From: Octopus bimaculoides
Lineage: Eukaryota
Assembly: GCF_001194135.2 (NCBI RefSeq)
Contig: NC_068987.1
Coordinates: forward strand, 89,002,599-89,049,942
DNA: 47,344 nt
Direction: 5' to 3'
The notes under the pieces were generated by a model. That model did no database searches. It worked only from the letters and a program-made list of their open reading frames with translations, and was not told the origin of the DNA. Position numbers and translations under genes: made by a program. Below, piece after piece: positions 11,897 to 24,968 of this stretch (position 1 is the stretch's first letter; each line of letters begins with the position of its first letter).

Positions 11897-14800
11897 GATC
11901 TGCATAAAAACCTAGGAAAACTGGAATTCTCCAAAAAAGAATCAAACAAACTTATTTGTATTCTCTAAATACAATTAAGGTCACAGTGAAAGTTTCTAAA
12001 ACATTCCAGGGATTCTCCATTTGAGGTTCCAAGAAGCAACTGCATGCATACAATCACATATATGGAATATATACACACATAAACAATAATGAAACACACA
12101 CACACACACACATTTGTGTACTGAAGTGACTTGGACACCCACTGCATGAGTGCTGATTTATCCACACACACACACACACACCAATTAGGAATATATGCAC
12201 AATGGCAACGATGACAATGGTATATAAGGGAAGAATTCTTCATTGTATTTATTTGAAATGGTTTCACTGCACTTGCTTTGGGGAAAGGCATGATTATCAC
12301 AACATGTGAAGCTAAATCACCATTGATAAGCAGTGCTGGTTCTGCACAATAAAGCATAAAGTACAGGAACAAATGTTCCTGTTTGATTCTATTTGGCGTA
12401 TTTAGATGAAATAGATAAATCAATGCAATAGGAGGAATGCGAGCAGAACAGAAAGCAAAGCGGCTGAGAGAGAGAGAGACAGAGAGAGAGAGAACCATAA
12501 AGAGAGAAGGTATTGTTGCCCTTGATAGAAACGTCAGACTCATCTTCGTTTGAGATTAGTTTAGGCTGATTTCATTGATTACCAATCAGGCTAAACTAGT
12601 AACTAGTAATCATGGTTTGGTGCTAACATATTTAAATGCTGTGACCCAAGAAATTTTAATATAATTAAAATTGCACTCATATTGATGAGGGGAGAAAAAT
12701 CATTAGTTTAATGATTGATTCTGGGGTTAGAATATCAGGGTAGATAACTCAAAAATGTTGAGTAATTAAAATTAATTAGAAATAAAATATGCATAATGTA
12801 ATTAATGAAGGGCAATGAGATATTGCTTGTTTTTCTTTTTTATCTTTTACTTGTTTCAGTCACTGGATTGTGGCCATGGTGGAGCATTGCTTTGAAAGGT
12901 TTTTGTCAAACAAATCAACCTCAGGAAATATTTTTTAAGTCTAGTGCCTATTCTGTCTGTTTCTTTTGCCAAATCGTTATGTGAACATAAACAAACCAAC
13001 ACCAGTTGTCAAGCAGAGTTGATGGGACAATGACAATGACACACACATTTAATATGATGGGCTTCTACACAATTTCCATCTACAAAATTTACATATAGGA
13101 TATGGGTCAACCCAAGGCAATAGTAAAAGGCACTTGGCCCGAGGTGTTACGTAGTGGCGGGGGGACTGAACCCAGAACTATGTGGCATGGTTTCTACAGC
13201 TGGATGTCCTTCCTAATGCCAACCACTTCACAGAATTTACTGGGCGCCTTTTATGTGCCACCAGCACTAGTGAGGTTACCAGATAATTTGCAAAATTTTT
13301 TTTATCTTAATTTGCAAAACCACAAAGCCAAACCTGGGCCTACTGATAGTAAGTGGAACAATCTTTCTTTTTTTCTTTTGGTTTGGACGTATTTTAAGTT
13401 ATCATTCCATTCGGTTTCAATCAATAGAAACAGCTCTATATCTCTTAAATCATTTCTGCCTGGTTGCATTGTTGAAGGTTGTACATCACTGAAAAGGTCT
13501 AATAACAATGAAACATGTCCAGAAACAGGGAAATAAACATTCACACATACAGATGCAGTATGGTTGGACAGGTGAGAAAATTGTTTAGCAATCACAAGGT
13601 TCCAAGTTCGATTTCAATACGTGATATCTTGGACAAGTGTCTTTTACAATTGTCTTGAATTGACTCAAGAATTGGAAATAAAATTGATCCAATCGAAACT
13701 GTACTGACAGCTGTCAACAAGATTGTAGCAGTAATTCACACGTCCAGCCTCATCACACACACTTTGGTTCTACAACAACAACAACAACAACAGCAGCAGC
13801 AACAACAATCTGATCTGGCAAGGTTTCTACAGCTGGATGCCCTTCCTAACGCCAATCACTGTGAGTGTAGTGGGTGCTTTTTACTCGCCACCGGCACAAG
13901 AGCCAGTCAGGCGGCACGGGCATCAACCACATTCGGATGGTACTTTTTATGTGCCACTGGCACAGGAGTCAGTCAGGGCGGGGGGAATAAACACTAACCT
14001 AATAATCATTTAATGCCTGTCTTTTATTTTCTACTTGTTTCAGTTTTTAGACTGTGGCCATGCTGAAGCAATATCTTAAAGAATTCTTAATCCAATGAAC
14101 TGAGCCCAGTACTGTTTTTTAAAGCTTGGTACTTATTCTATCAGTCTCTCTTTTCCAAACTGCTAAGTTACAAGGACATAAACAAACCAACACCATTCGT
14201 CAAACAGTAGTAAAAAGACAAACACATCACCACACACACATATATATATATATATATGACAGGCTTCTTTTAAGTTTCCATCTGCCAAACCCACTTAGAA
14301 TACTTTGGTTGACCCAAGGCTATAGTAAAAGACACTTGCCAAAGTTGCCACACAGTAGGACTGAACCCGGAACCATGTAGTTGGGAAGCAAACTTCTTAC
14401 CACACAGCCATGCCTGAAACATGTTTTATATATACACACACCAACAGATCTTCTACAAGTTTTTTGTTGTCTACCAAACTTCACTTCGAAGATGTTCATA
14501 GACCAAAGACTAACTCTTGTATAAGACATAATATGTTAAAGACCGACCCGAATGAGAGCAAATAATTGCAAAGCAAACATCTTCACCATTTATAAATGAA
14601 AAAATGTCTGTTAATTAAATAACCAATCGTTGGAGTAATTAACTAACTTCAAATTTTTCACTCATTGAAGAAGGGAGCTTTTGTTCTGACTGTCTTCCAT
14701 ATTTGGTTGTGTCGACCATATGCCAATGTTCACAGGAATCCAGCTGGAGTTTTATTATTCAAAAACAAAACAATTTCGTTTCTGTCTGTCTGCAAACAAT

Positions 14801-16587
14801 ACTTTTACAAACGTCCAATTCTCAAAGTTGTCTTGGAAGATAATTGAGAAATCTACTTCAAATCTCACTAAAACAGATTTGGCTCAATTGTTTCATGATA
14901 AATAAACCCATCCATTATGTACACTAGCCAGAACCTGTAAATCATCATCATCATCATCATCATTTAAAATATCCTCTTTTCCAGGCTTGCATGGGTTGGG
15001 TGGAGTTTATAGAGACAGATTAGCTACAGTTTGATGCTCTTCCTGTCACCAACCCTCACACGTTCGCAAGCAAGGTAATATTTCCCCATGGTCAAACATG
15101 CTTTGCATAGAATATTGGAAATGAATGACATGCTTTTACAACAATCATGTGATGTCAAGACAAGGAGGCACAAATACACACACACCACACACACACACAT
15201 ACACAATGAGCTTCTTTCAATTTCCTGTCGCAAGGTTTCAGTCAGCCCAGGGCCAAAGATGCGACACGTGGGACTGAACCTGGAACCATGATGTGGTTGG
15301 GAAGCAAACTTCTTAACCATACATATGAACCAGAAATAGAATTTAGCTAAAAGTGACATTTAAACATTAAACAATTTAATGAAATGACTAAAACGGATGC
15401 TTGTAAACCATTTATTCCTAATTTCAAATAACAATTGAAAAGTAAACCTTGAAGATAGGTTGTTGGGACCAAGGTTCACTCGGTGTTCAGGAAGCTTGAA
15501 CTAGCTGAAAAGGAGAAAAGATGTTGCCAGAAAATTGTCAGGAGCTGCTAAGAAAGCAAGCCATTACATCTGTTTCAAGAGAGAGGATAAATGGTGCAAC
15601 AACATTGAGCATTGAGGATGACAGAAACATTTGGCTCAGAGTCCACAACATCTGATTCAACAAAGCTCATGTTGCTGTGTGGAAGATTTGTCACCTGCAT
15701 CACTCAATGGCCCTGGAGGCAGCTCCGGTGTCATGATGGAAAGGGGCCAAAACACCTACAGACTGCTTCACTGCCTGATGAGACATTCACTCATGCATTC
15801 AGAGAGGGAACAGCAATATCCTTAATACACAAGCTTTCACACTAAATGTAGTCAGTTTATCTCTTTCAGGTCCAGCAAGCATTCAATTCCTTTCTTCAAG
15901 CCATTAACAGTCACACATGATTGGCCATCTTCATTTACAAACATCAATAATGATTTACAGGAATCTTAAATGTTCAACTTCAAAGCACTAAGAAGCACCA
16001 AAATGCTGTCTGTGTCGATAGCAATGAGGCTATGTAACCCAAATCAGTCTTGACTTCTGCTCTCTGACTCTTCACTCGACCATTTCTTCCCTCTCTTCGA
16101 AAATCTGAGTAGCCATGTGGCTCCTCTGCAGCAAGAAACTACATTGATACATGAATTAGGCACTAAACACGTCCAACCCTTACCAGCATGGAAGGCAGAC
16201 ACTTAACGATGATGACGATGATGATGATGATGCAGTGAACGGTACATAACAACACACTGAGAACAGAAATAACGCAGAATTGAAACTGGTAAATGATAGC
16301 AACACAAGCAATTCCATTGTAGTATGGAAAACTGGAAATATCTTTGACCTCTTCCTTGTTTCAGTCACTGGACTGCAGCCATGTTGGGGCATCGCCTTCG
16401 AGGGTTTAGTTGAACAAATCAACCCCAGGATTTATCAGTTTCTATAGGTCTCTTTTGCTGAACAACTGTTACAAGGATGTGAACAAACCAACACTGGTGG
16501 TAAAGCAATGGTGGGAAAACAAACAGAAATGCAAGGAAACTGTGGAAACTTCTCTCTCTTTCTTTCTATATATGGGTGTATATATAC

Positions 16588-16619
<32 letters not shown>

Positions 16620-18035
16620 ATTGTTTGTAGAAAAACATAAATCTGGAAAAGAAGCACCCTCTAAGATGTAGAGCAGGCCAACAAGTTTGGCATCTGATGA
16701 TACGCCATAAAGCCAAACCCCTTATGGACAGGAAACCCAGGGTAACCCCATAAACCAGAGTCCCCCATTATGATATATATATATATGTGTGTGTGTGTGT
16801 GTACAATGGGCTTCAGAGCTATAGTAGAAGACATTTGTCCAAGATACCATGCAGTAGGATTGAACCCGAAACCACGTGATTGCAAAGTGAGCTTCTTAAC
16901 CACACAGCCACACCTGCACGTCACTGAAATTTATATTAAGCAACGTTTATAGGTAGTTTTTTTTTTCTTTTACTTTCTTTTTATGCATTTATCTTCTGAC
17001 ACTAAGAATTTGAAGATCAATAAAACGCTTGAGAAACATGAAAATATAAATCAGACCACATAAGTTTCATGTTACAGATGAGGGGAAATGTGACGCCTTT
17101 CTTTAAAAAGTTGGGTTTTGTTACAATCAGCTGAAACATTTTCCCATCATGTCTGTTCTTTTTCAGGTGGACGTTGGCCTTTAAGCCAGGAGGAAGTAGG
17201 GAGGCTTTACCAGAAGGACGGATGAAATTGCCAGTCACGTAAAACCCGTGAGACCGTCGTTTGTGCTAAGAAGAAATCTCTAATTTTGCAAATTAATAAG
17301 TATACAGGCGATCGCCCCGGTTTGGAACTAATATAAAATCAGTTTTTTTTGTTGTTGTTTTTTTTTCATATAGATTTCTAAGGGTTTTATATACCACCCT
17401 AACTCTACACAGCTACATCTTGCTAGAAGAAACAGATAAATTGTCCTTAAACAACACTATACAGTCTTAAAAAGGTAGGACAAATTAGACGATACATTCT
17501 TAAATATACAACAAGACGGTATGTATGACGGCGAGAATACCTTTGATTATATCATAAGTCTACTCGATCAGGTCCGGCCAAGGGTTGAATAATGATTTAT
17601 CTGTGTTATAGCTGTGTTATAAATGAAAGTTAAATATAACAACGAAATTACTTTTTTTAAGAAATGTGGATAAAATAAGAAGAAAGAGATAATTAGCCAA
17701 AACTACTTTTGTGAATAGAATTCCAAAACATAATTAAAGTATAGTGGCAACATATTTCTGTGGATTAAAAAAAAAAATCGAATACCTTTTTTCATTCTAT
17801 ATGTTTACATTTACCAGATGTCGTCTGTTTGGACAAACAAAAATATCTATAAAATTTCTCAACTGCCAGTTGGGAAAATATAAGTTAGAACAGACAATTT
17901 ATAACATGAATCTAAATTATAATTTGATAATTAACATCAACTCATTAAACCAACAACTGTCTATGTCTCCCACTTATAAAGCGTAAAGTAAATTGTGGCT
18001 CAGAGATAGAAAAAAAACTGAAGTGAAAAACTTAC

Positions 18036-18368
18036 AGGTTTCCATCCATGAGGGACATATCCGGGACCGTTTATAACAGCCATAAAATAATTATAGAGTG
18101 TTAAGATGTCCCAAATTATAAATATTGATAAATTAAGAAGTCCACCAGCTGTACTTATCGGCCACCAGATCAACGTACAGGTTAGAGACATGAATGAAAT
18201 CAGAAATATTATCGTCAGGGCTAAACATGGTCCCCAATGAAATAATCGACAGCAGTTTTTAAAAGGGTTCACAGTTTTCTGTTTTGTTTTATTTTCTAGT
18301 TCGGTTGTGGTTGAAGCTGATGATGGTTCTGTTGCGGCAGCTGTTGTTGTTGTTGTTGTGGGAGCCAT
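18036..18368 (-). CDS. ZDHHC6: DHHC palmitoyltransferase ZDHHC6-like, coding exon 1 (111 codons)
   Basis: Reads MAPTTT...RLFHWGPCLAL...WWPISTAGGLLN...LYNYFMAVINGPGYVPHGWKP, matching the ZDHHC6 N-terminus (HWGP, GPGxVPxGWKP) from recall. ATG at 18368; donor CCT|GTAAGT after 18036, phase 0. Confidence 0.93.
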
Positions 18369-18796
18369 ATTATAAATACGAGAGAAAAATTTATCATATA
18401 TATAATACATATACATACAGATGGTCTTCTGTTTGTTTGTATGTTTGTTCGATTTGCATCAAGTTAAGATTTTTCGCTGTCCAGTGCCAGTGTTTGTCTG
18501 AGTAGCAACGAAACGAGAGGCGCAATGAAGCCGCACCGTTTGTTTCTAAGGACATCAAACAGACAGGAAAGTCAAGTAGTGAAACCTGGCAAAACAACCA
18601 ACAACATCATTCAGCTGTTGAGGCTGCTGCCAACACAATTCCTTCTGCTCACGATTGTTGTCTTCCCAAACTGTTCCACAAGAACTTCCCATGTGGTGAG
18701 CTTCCTCCTTCCCTTCCTCTTTGCATCTGTTCCTGTCAGAGCCGAATATTTGTCAGTGACAGAGAAAGAAAGAGACAAAAAAATGCCAGCGAGAGA

Positions 18797-18806
18797 GAGG
18801 CGGGGC
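18797..18806. promoter_or_regulatory. GC-box (Sp/KLF-like) in the probable ZDHHC6 promoter
   Basis: GAGGCGGGGC ~430 nt upstream of the start codon, in a repeat-free stretch. Confidence 0.3.
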
Positions 18807-19105
18807 AATAGTGTTTCCTGCAGAGACTTGTCACAGTTTTGAATCAATGACTGGAGCTCTCTTCTTTAGGAGGTACAATAATTAAACACAATCAACAGAG
18901 GTTAAATAATTCAGGGGAAATAACTAAGGTAATAGTTCAACAGAGTAATCCCCCACTTAGATAATGTTAATCCACCTCTATTTCCACTGTAAAATTATAA
19001 TAATAATGAAATTATTGTATACAGTGCTCAGGTGCACTACAACTTGTCAAAAGTGCGTATAAAGCAAATGCAGTAATGTACAAATGTCTGGAAAGTGAAT
19101 AGTGT

Positions 19106-19507
19106 TATTTCTTTACTACCCACAAGGGGCTACACACACAGGGGACAAACAAGGACAGACAAACGGATTAAGTCAATTATACCGACCCCAGTGCGTAACT
19201 GGTACTTATTTAATCGACCCCGAAAGGATGAAAGGCAAAGTCGACCTCGGCGGAATTTGAACTCAGAACGTAGCGGCAGACGAAATACCTATTTCTTTAC
19301 TGCCCACAAGGGGCTACACACAGAGGGGACAAACAAGGACAGACAAACGGATTAAGTCGATTATATCGACTCCAGTACGTAACTGGTACTTAATTTATCG
19401 ACCCCGAAAGGATGAAAGGCAAAGTCGACCGCGGCGGAATTTGAACTCAGAACGCAGTGGCAGACGAAATACCGCTAAGCATTTCGCCCGGCGTGCTAAC
19501 GTTTCTG
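19106..19507 (-). mobile_element. Head-to-tail SINE dimer with 12-bp TSD
   Basis: Two ~185-215-bp near-identical units (19106-19289, 19290-19507); agtgaatagtgt at 19094-19105 and 19511-19522. Confidence 0.88.
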
Positions 19508-19816
19508 AATAGTGAATAGTGTATGAGTCAGATACATGCTTGCGTGTGTATGGAGGGGAGAAAATCAGGTGTAGTGTTGGCGAATCTCAGGAAGCATGGA
19601 AGTTTTGAAAGATGCAGTGCTCTAAATAAAGCGGACAATAAAAGGATGCAATGTCGAAACAAAGCAGACAATAAAACATTTATAACTCTTTATATTTATT
19701 TATACTAATGATGGTTTTATTAATGAAATGGCCGAGATATGGTTGTAATTGAATTTAGACAAAAGTAACTGTTTTCTCAGTATCTAGCTAGCTAGATAGA
19801 ATTTTCTATTTTTGTA

Positions 19817-20024
19817 GCGGCGAGCTAGCAGAAACGTTAGCACGCCGGGCGAAATGCTTAGCGGTATTTCGTCTGTCTTTACGTTCCAAGTTCAAATTCC
19901 GCCGAGGCTTTGCCTATCATCCTTTCGGGGTCGATAAATTAAGTACCAGTTGCGTACTGGGTCGATCTAATCGACTGGCTCCTTCCCTCAAAATTTTGGG
20001 CCTTGTGCCTAGAGTAGAAAAGAA
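19817..20024 (+). mobile_element. SINE with the same head as the dimer but a different tail; related copies at ~25560-25960, ~33020-33110, ~39255-39460
   Basis: gcggcgagctagcagaaacgttagcacgccgggcgaaatgcttagcgg...agttcaaattccgccgagg...ccttgtgcctagagtagaaaaga. Confidence 0.88.
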
Positions 20025-20611
20025 TCTTTTTTGTATATTTTTGTCAAGAAAATTAACTTAGAATTGCGTGTAGAGGCTGGAACGGCTAGATTTTAGAATA
20101 AAGTTATAAGCACCAATTTATTGATAGATAAACCCACACTTTCATTAATTATTCAATTGCTGGGTATTTTAGTAATTAGTATAATATTGTCACTTCTTTT
20201 GATGTGTTAACTCGGCTAAAAGAAGAAACTTCAGCCAGCTGCAAGATTTCATATCACCCAGTTAGGTAGGGATGTAACGAATGAAAAACTAAAGAATATG
20301 GAATTTCAAAAGGTGACATCATTTCGAAAACATAGCAATTAATTTCACAGAACATTATTAATTTTCATATTTAATAGAAAATTGTGATTTTTCTTAACAG
20401 ACAAGAATGACATTTTTGTTCCGGTTTTATTGAAATTTAGTCAAGTTTGAGAAGACTATACTACGTTAATGAGGTTTAATAAGACTAAAACATGTCCGCA
20501 GCTGTGCCATCTGACAAAAGTCATATTTCGAACTAAGCATAAAGAATAATCCTTTAAGCAAACGGTTAAAAATTTGGGGGAAGGGGTAGGGTCGGTTACA
20601 CCAACTCCATT

Positions 20612-20825
20612 CTTTTACTTGTCTCGGGTCATTTGACTGTGGCCATGCTGGAGCACCACCTTTTATTCGAGCAAATCAAGCCCAGGACTTATTCTTTGTA
20701 AGCCTAGTACTTATTCTATCGGTCTCTTTTCCGAACCGCTTATTTACGGAGATGTAAACACACCAGCATCGGTTGTCATGTGATGTTGGGGGGGGGGAGA
20801 CAAACACAGACACACAAACATATAT

Positions 20826-20876
<51 letters not shown>

Positions 20877-21005
20877 TACGACGGGCTTCTTTCAGTTTCC
20901 GCCTACCAAACCCACTCACAAGGCTTTGGTCGGCCCGAGGCTATAGTGGAAGACACTTGCCCAAGGTGCCACGCAGTGGGAATGAACCCGGAACCATGTG
21001 GTTCA
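20612..21005 (-). mobile_element. Composite tRNA-head SINE with internal (TA)n; degenerate relatives at ~12830-13190, 14020-14415, 16340-16920
   Basis: Head cttgggcaagtgtcttc..ctatagcctcgggccgaccaaagccttgtgagtgg..cggaaactgaaagaagcccgtcgt, then (TA)n, then tail cggttcgg..gagaccgatagaataagtactaggc..gctccagcatggcc.cagtcaaatgac. Confidence 0.88.
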
Positions 21006-22327
21006 CGATGAAAAGCAAAGTCAGCCTCGACGGAATTTGATCTCAAAATGAAAAACTAGAAGTGCTTGAACGCGTTTAGTACGGCGAGGGAACAATTCTG
21101 TTACCTTCCCACCTTAAATGTAAATATTGATAATTTTTTGTGAAATTAATAAAAGTTCTTTAAATTATCTCCCCTTTTCTTTAAACGTCGCCAACGATCT
21201 TCTTTCTTCACCAAAAAGGGAATTTTTAATTGATCCAGAAATGTTTACAACCAAAAGGGAATTTTAATTCATCTAGAAGTTTTTACATTTGCCATTTGGT
21301 ACATCGCTACATGCTCAACTATATTCATTAGCCTTTTCTCCTCACACAATTAATATCGAGGAGCGATAAAGTCTGGCAATTGATTAGTTCGATTGGCGCT
21401 AACTTTAATAAAAGACAAGATGTGACATGCTAGGTAAGTGAGGTTGAATTGGTGAAGTGTCGAATAAGGATGCTATGCATTATTGAGTTACGTCCCTTTA
21501 TGTTCAGCGTTCAACTGCAACTGGGATCGACTTTGCATATTTTCAGCAGTTAAATAAATAAGTCAAATAGTGATGTTGATACGGTCAACACCCGAACATG
21601 TGTGGTTTATGTACATGCTGAGCTGCGTTGAACGGGGCTCCCACCTCAGACGACGAGGAATTTGACGGAGGATGACAAACAATGAGAAGTAACATGCCGG
21701 AGTAGTCAGATCAAGGTTTCAGTTCCTGGTTGAGAAATCAGTGTGTATTCATTACATTTGTGATAGATTCAACAAAAGCAATAAATGGTCCCTAGACCCA
21801 GATGTCCTTTCATACATTTCTCCTGACGATCATGTCACTTGTTTCTTTTTCCTTGCAGAAGCCGCGCTATGGCTCTGGTGTGCTTTTCTCTTACATTGGT
21901 TAATCAAACCACTTTTGTTGTGTCTTGTTAGGGTCACTTGTTTCGACACACGAATTCACATCAAGAATCTTGCAAACCAAATTCAAAAACGAAGAATAAA
22001 CCACTCTTTGAGCATTACCTTAATCAGCGACTTCTCTTATTCACCTACCATTTGGAACTAAAACAGATTTGTCTCCCTTGTACTAATTGTTTGAACCCCG
22101 CTACCACCACCACCACAAAATTAGCCCCGGATAAAAGGTATTTCTATCAAAACCACCCCGTGTTGATGTATTTCTAGGACTACATTAAATAATGTGTCCT
22201 ACTTTTTTAAAACCGTAAGAATGTGAATTGAGAGTACGTAGCTGCTATTGCGACTAGGTCGTGCGATAACGTTTTTCTAGATGGTGACTACGCTCGTATA
22301 TTCTTAAAGTTGAGTTACATACTCCTA

Positions 22328-22370
<43 letters not shown>

Positions 22371-22565
22371 AGAGTCATATATACACGCACCACACACACA
22401 CACACACACACACATTCGCCATTCACACACCACATGCACACATGCTACTTACTGGCGCACACATCCCACATGCAGACACACATACACAGAATCACCATTC
22501 ACACACCGTGCACGCATGCTATTTGCTGGCGCACACACTCCACATGCAGACACACACACATTCAC

Positions 22566-22616
<51 letters not shown>

Positions 22617-22959
22617 GCGCACGCATAAACACCCACACATTCACATACGCACCGAAATAAATTATGCTTAAGTGGTTTTTGTCAGATTAGAGATTACTGG
22701 AAACGAGTGAATGCCTTATTATACACCCAGTTCACCAAATACACTCCCAAAACCACACAACTGTGAACCCCCACTCTACCTCCTCACCATATACAATTAC
22801 GCCAAGACTTTTACGTGGTCACTCGGTCTGCTAGAAAATGCAGCTAAGTTCCTTTAAACCAGTAGTCCTCAGTCATTTTTTCCTTGAGGACCCCTTTGGT
22901 TTCTATTTTCCTTGGATGGACCCTCAGAACCATTCAATGTTCTTGTATTCTTTTATTCT

Positions 22960-23112
22960 TTTATTTGGTTTCAGTCATTTGACTGCGGCCATTTCTAAGC
23001 CTAGTACTTATTCTATTGGTCTCCTTTTGCCGAACCGCTAGTTAACGGGGACAGAAAGACATCAGCATCGGTTGTCAAGCGATGGTGCAGGGGTACAAAC
23101 ACAGACACACAA

Positions 23113-23155
<43 letters not shown>

Positions 23156-23872
23156 NNNNNNNNNNNNNNNNNNNNNNNNNNNNNNNNNNNNNNNNNNNNN
23201 NNNNNNNNNNNNNNNNNNNNNNNNNNNNNNNNNNNNNNNNNNNNNNNNNNNNNNNNNNNNNNNNNNNNNNNNNNNNNNNNNNNNNNNNNNNNNNNNNNNN
23301 NNNNNNNNNNNNNNNNNNNNNNNNNNNNNNNNNNNNNNNNNNNNNNNNNNNNNNNNNNNNNNNNNNNNNNNNNNNNNNNNNNNNNNNNNNNNNNNNNNNN
23401 NNNNNNNNNNNNNNNNNNNNNNNNNNNNNNNNNNNNNNNNNNNNNNNNNNNNNNNNNNNNNNNNNNNNNNNNNNNNNNGCCCGTCGTGTATATATATATA
23501 TGTGTGTGTGTGTGTGTATTTGTGTTTGTCCCCCAACATCGCTTGACAACCGATGTTGGTGTGTTTATGTCCCCGTAACATAGCGGTTCGGCAAAAGAGA
23601 CCGATAGAATAAGTACTAGGCTTACAAAGAATAAGTCCTGGGGTTGATTTGCTCGACTAAAAGTGGTGCTCCAGCATGGCCGCAGTCAAATAACTGAAAC
23701 AAGTAAAAGAGTAATATATACGACGGGCTTCTTTCATTTTCGTCTACCAAATCCACGCACAAGGCTTTCGTCGGCTCGAGGAGACACTTGCCCAAGGTGC
23801 CACGCAGTGGGACTGAACACGGAACTACGTGGTTCGTAAGCAAGCTACTTACCACAAAGCCACTCCTGCGTC
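22960..23872. mobile_element. Composite SINE (-) with a second copy (+) in its (TA)n slot
   Basis: Order: minus tail 22960-23155, gap, plus body and tail 23479-23712, minus head 23713-23872. Confidence 0.78.
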
Positions 23873-24229
23873 TGTTTTCGAAAATCTGAAATTTATATAA
23901 TTAAATATCATTAGCAACAAAATCTTATATTGACCCCTGCCCTCCATCCCAAGGGTCATACGGACTCACGAGGGCTATAAGGACATCGGTTGAGAACCAC
24001 TACTTTGAATTATACCCAGCCGTCTTAAAAATAAAGGGCGCTCAGTGTTGTGACTGCTTTCATGAATAAATTCACATCAAGACTCAATTGTAGAAAAAGC
24101 AAATCATTGCTGCTGCTTGGCAAAGTTGTTTATTCTATCAAGCCCGGAAATATGAGAAGTGAAGTTGCCTTCAGCGTACTTTGAACTCAGTATGCAAGGA
24201 GTAATAACAGGTGTTTTGTCGGACGTTCA

Positions 24230-24968
24230 AACGATTAGGCTAAAGCATAGTGGTTGGGGCGTGGTCCACCTTGGGTGAGGTCCGCTTTGGGTGAGGTCCG
24301 CCTTCGGCGACACTTTAACAGCTGGTTGGTACTTTTGGGTCTGTAAATGTAGTTAGGGTGTACGGGAAGCAAAAAATTCAGGGTCCGGATGCGAATTTTC
24401 TTTCCCACGAGAGTTCCGGACCCCAGTAATGAACTCATTTGTATTCAGCTAAGCAGAGCTCACCTCGACCTTGTTGTCAAGTTAACACACTCCACCAAGT
24501 AAACTCAAGATGAAGAACGGTGTTGTAAGTTGACCGAGCGCCAAGTTATGCCTGATTTCAGGAGACAAGTAATTAGATTTGCATCTATACCTATTATCGG
24601 ATTTTGTTAGGGACCCATATGGTGAAGATATGGATGGGGAAAATGTGGGTAGAGGGTGATGTGCTAGCAATCCTCTCCCTTTACTGCTTTACCAAGTGAA
24701 CAACAACACAAATAACTACGCAGAAGCAGCCATGGTTGGAAAAAGGACCAGAACAACAAGCATTCTTAAAAGAGAAAAGAAGCATGGTCATTCCTTGCCC
24801 AAGCGGCCTTATCTTATCGCCCATCACTTGTTATGCGCTCATAGATTAATTTGATCGTTGAGTTCTGATTGGCTTTATGTAAATGAGTGCATAACTGGGG
24901 TCCGGAACTCTCGTGGGGGGAAAAATTTCGCGGCCCGGGTGGCACACATTCTAGCTGCGTTATTGGGA
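24230..24968. mobile_element. Degenerate CAGTGGCG-type MITE hosting a nested TIR element
   Basis: Flanks 24230-24385 and 24937-24968 align to the uninterrupted copy at 26668-26847. Confidence 0.6.
24388..24936. mobile_element. TIR MITE (GGCCGCGAAA-ended family), long variant
   Basis: ~40-bp TIRs gcgaattttctttcccacgagagttccggaccccagt / actggggtccggaactctcgtggggggaaaaatttcgc. Confidence 0.85.

Noticed and set aside
11965-12543. 192-aa minus ORF with HCHRCHC
   Set aside because: Initially considered for the missing cysteine-rich exon, which was found at 10667-10758; this ORF spans microsatellites and has no recognisable domain.
12557-12598. 15-bp inverted repeat with 12-nt loop
   Set aside because: Short and AT-rich; plausibly chance or a tiny MITE remnant.
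15560-15960. Possible degenerate transposase or plus-strand exon
   Set aside because: Only vague resemblance to Tc1 motifs; no supportable DDE motif.
17150-17235. Strong plus-strand acceptor (tgttctttttcag) with short open frames
   Set aside because: No recognisable peptide or partner exons; antisense within intron 1.
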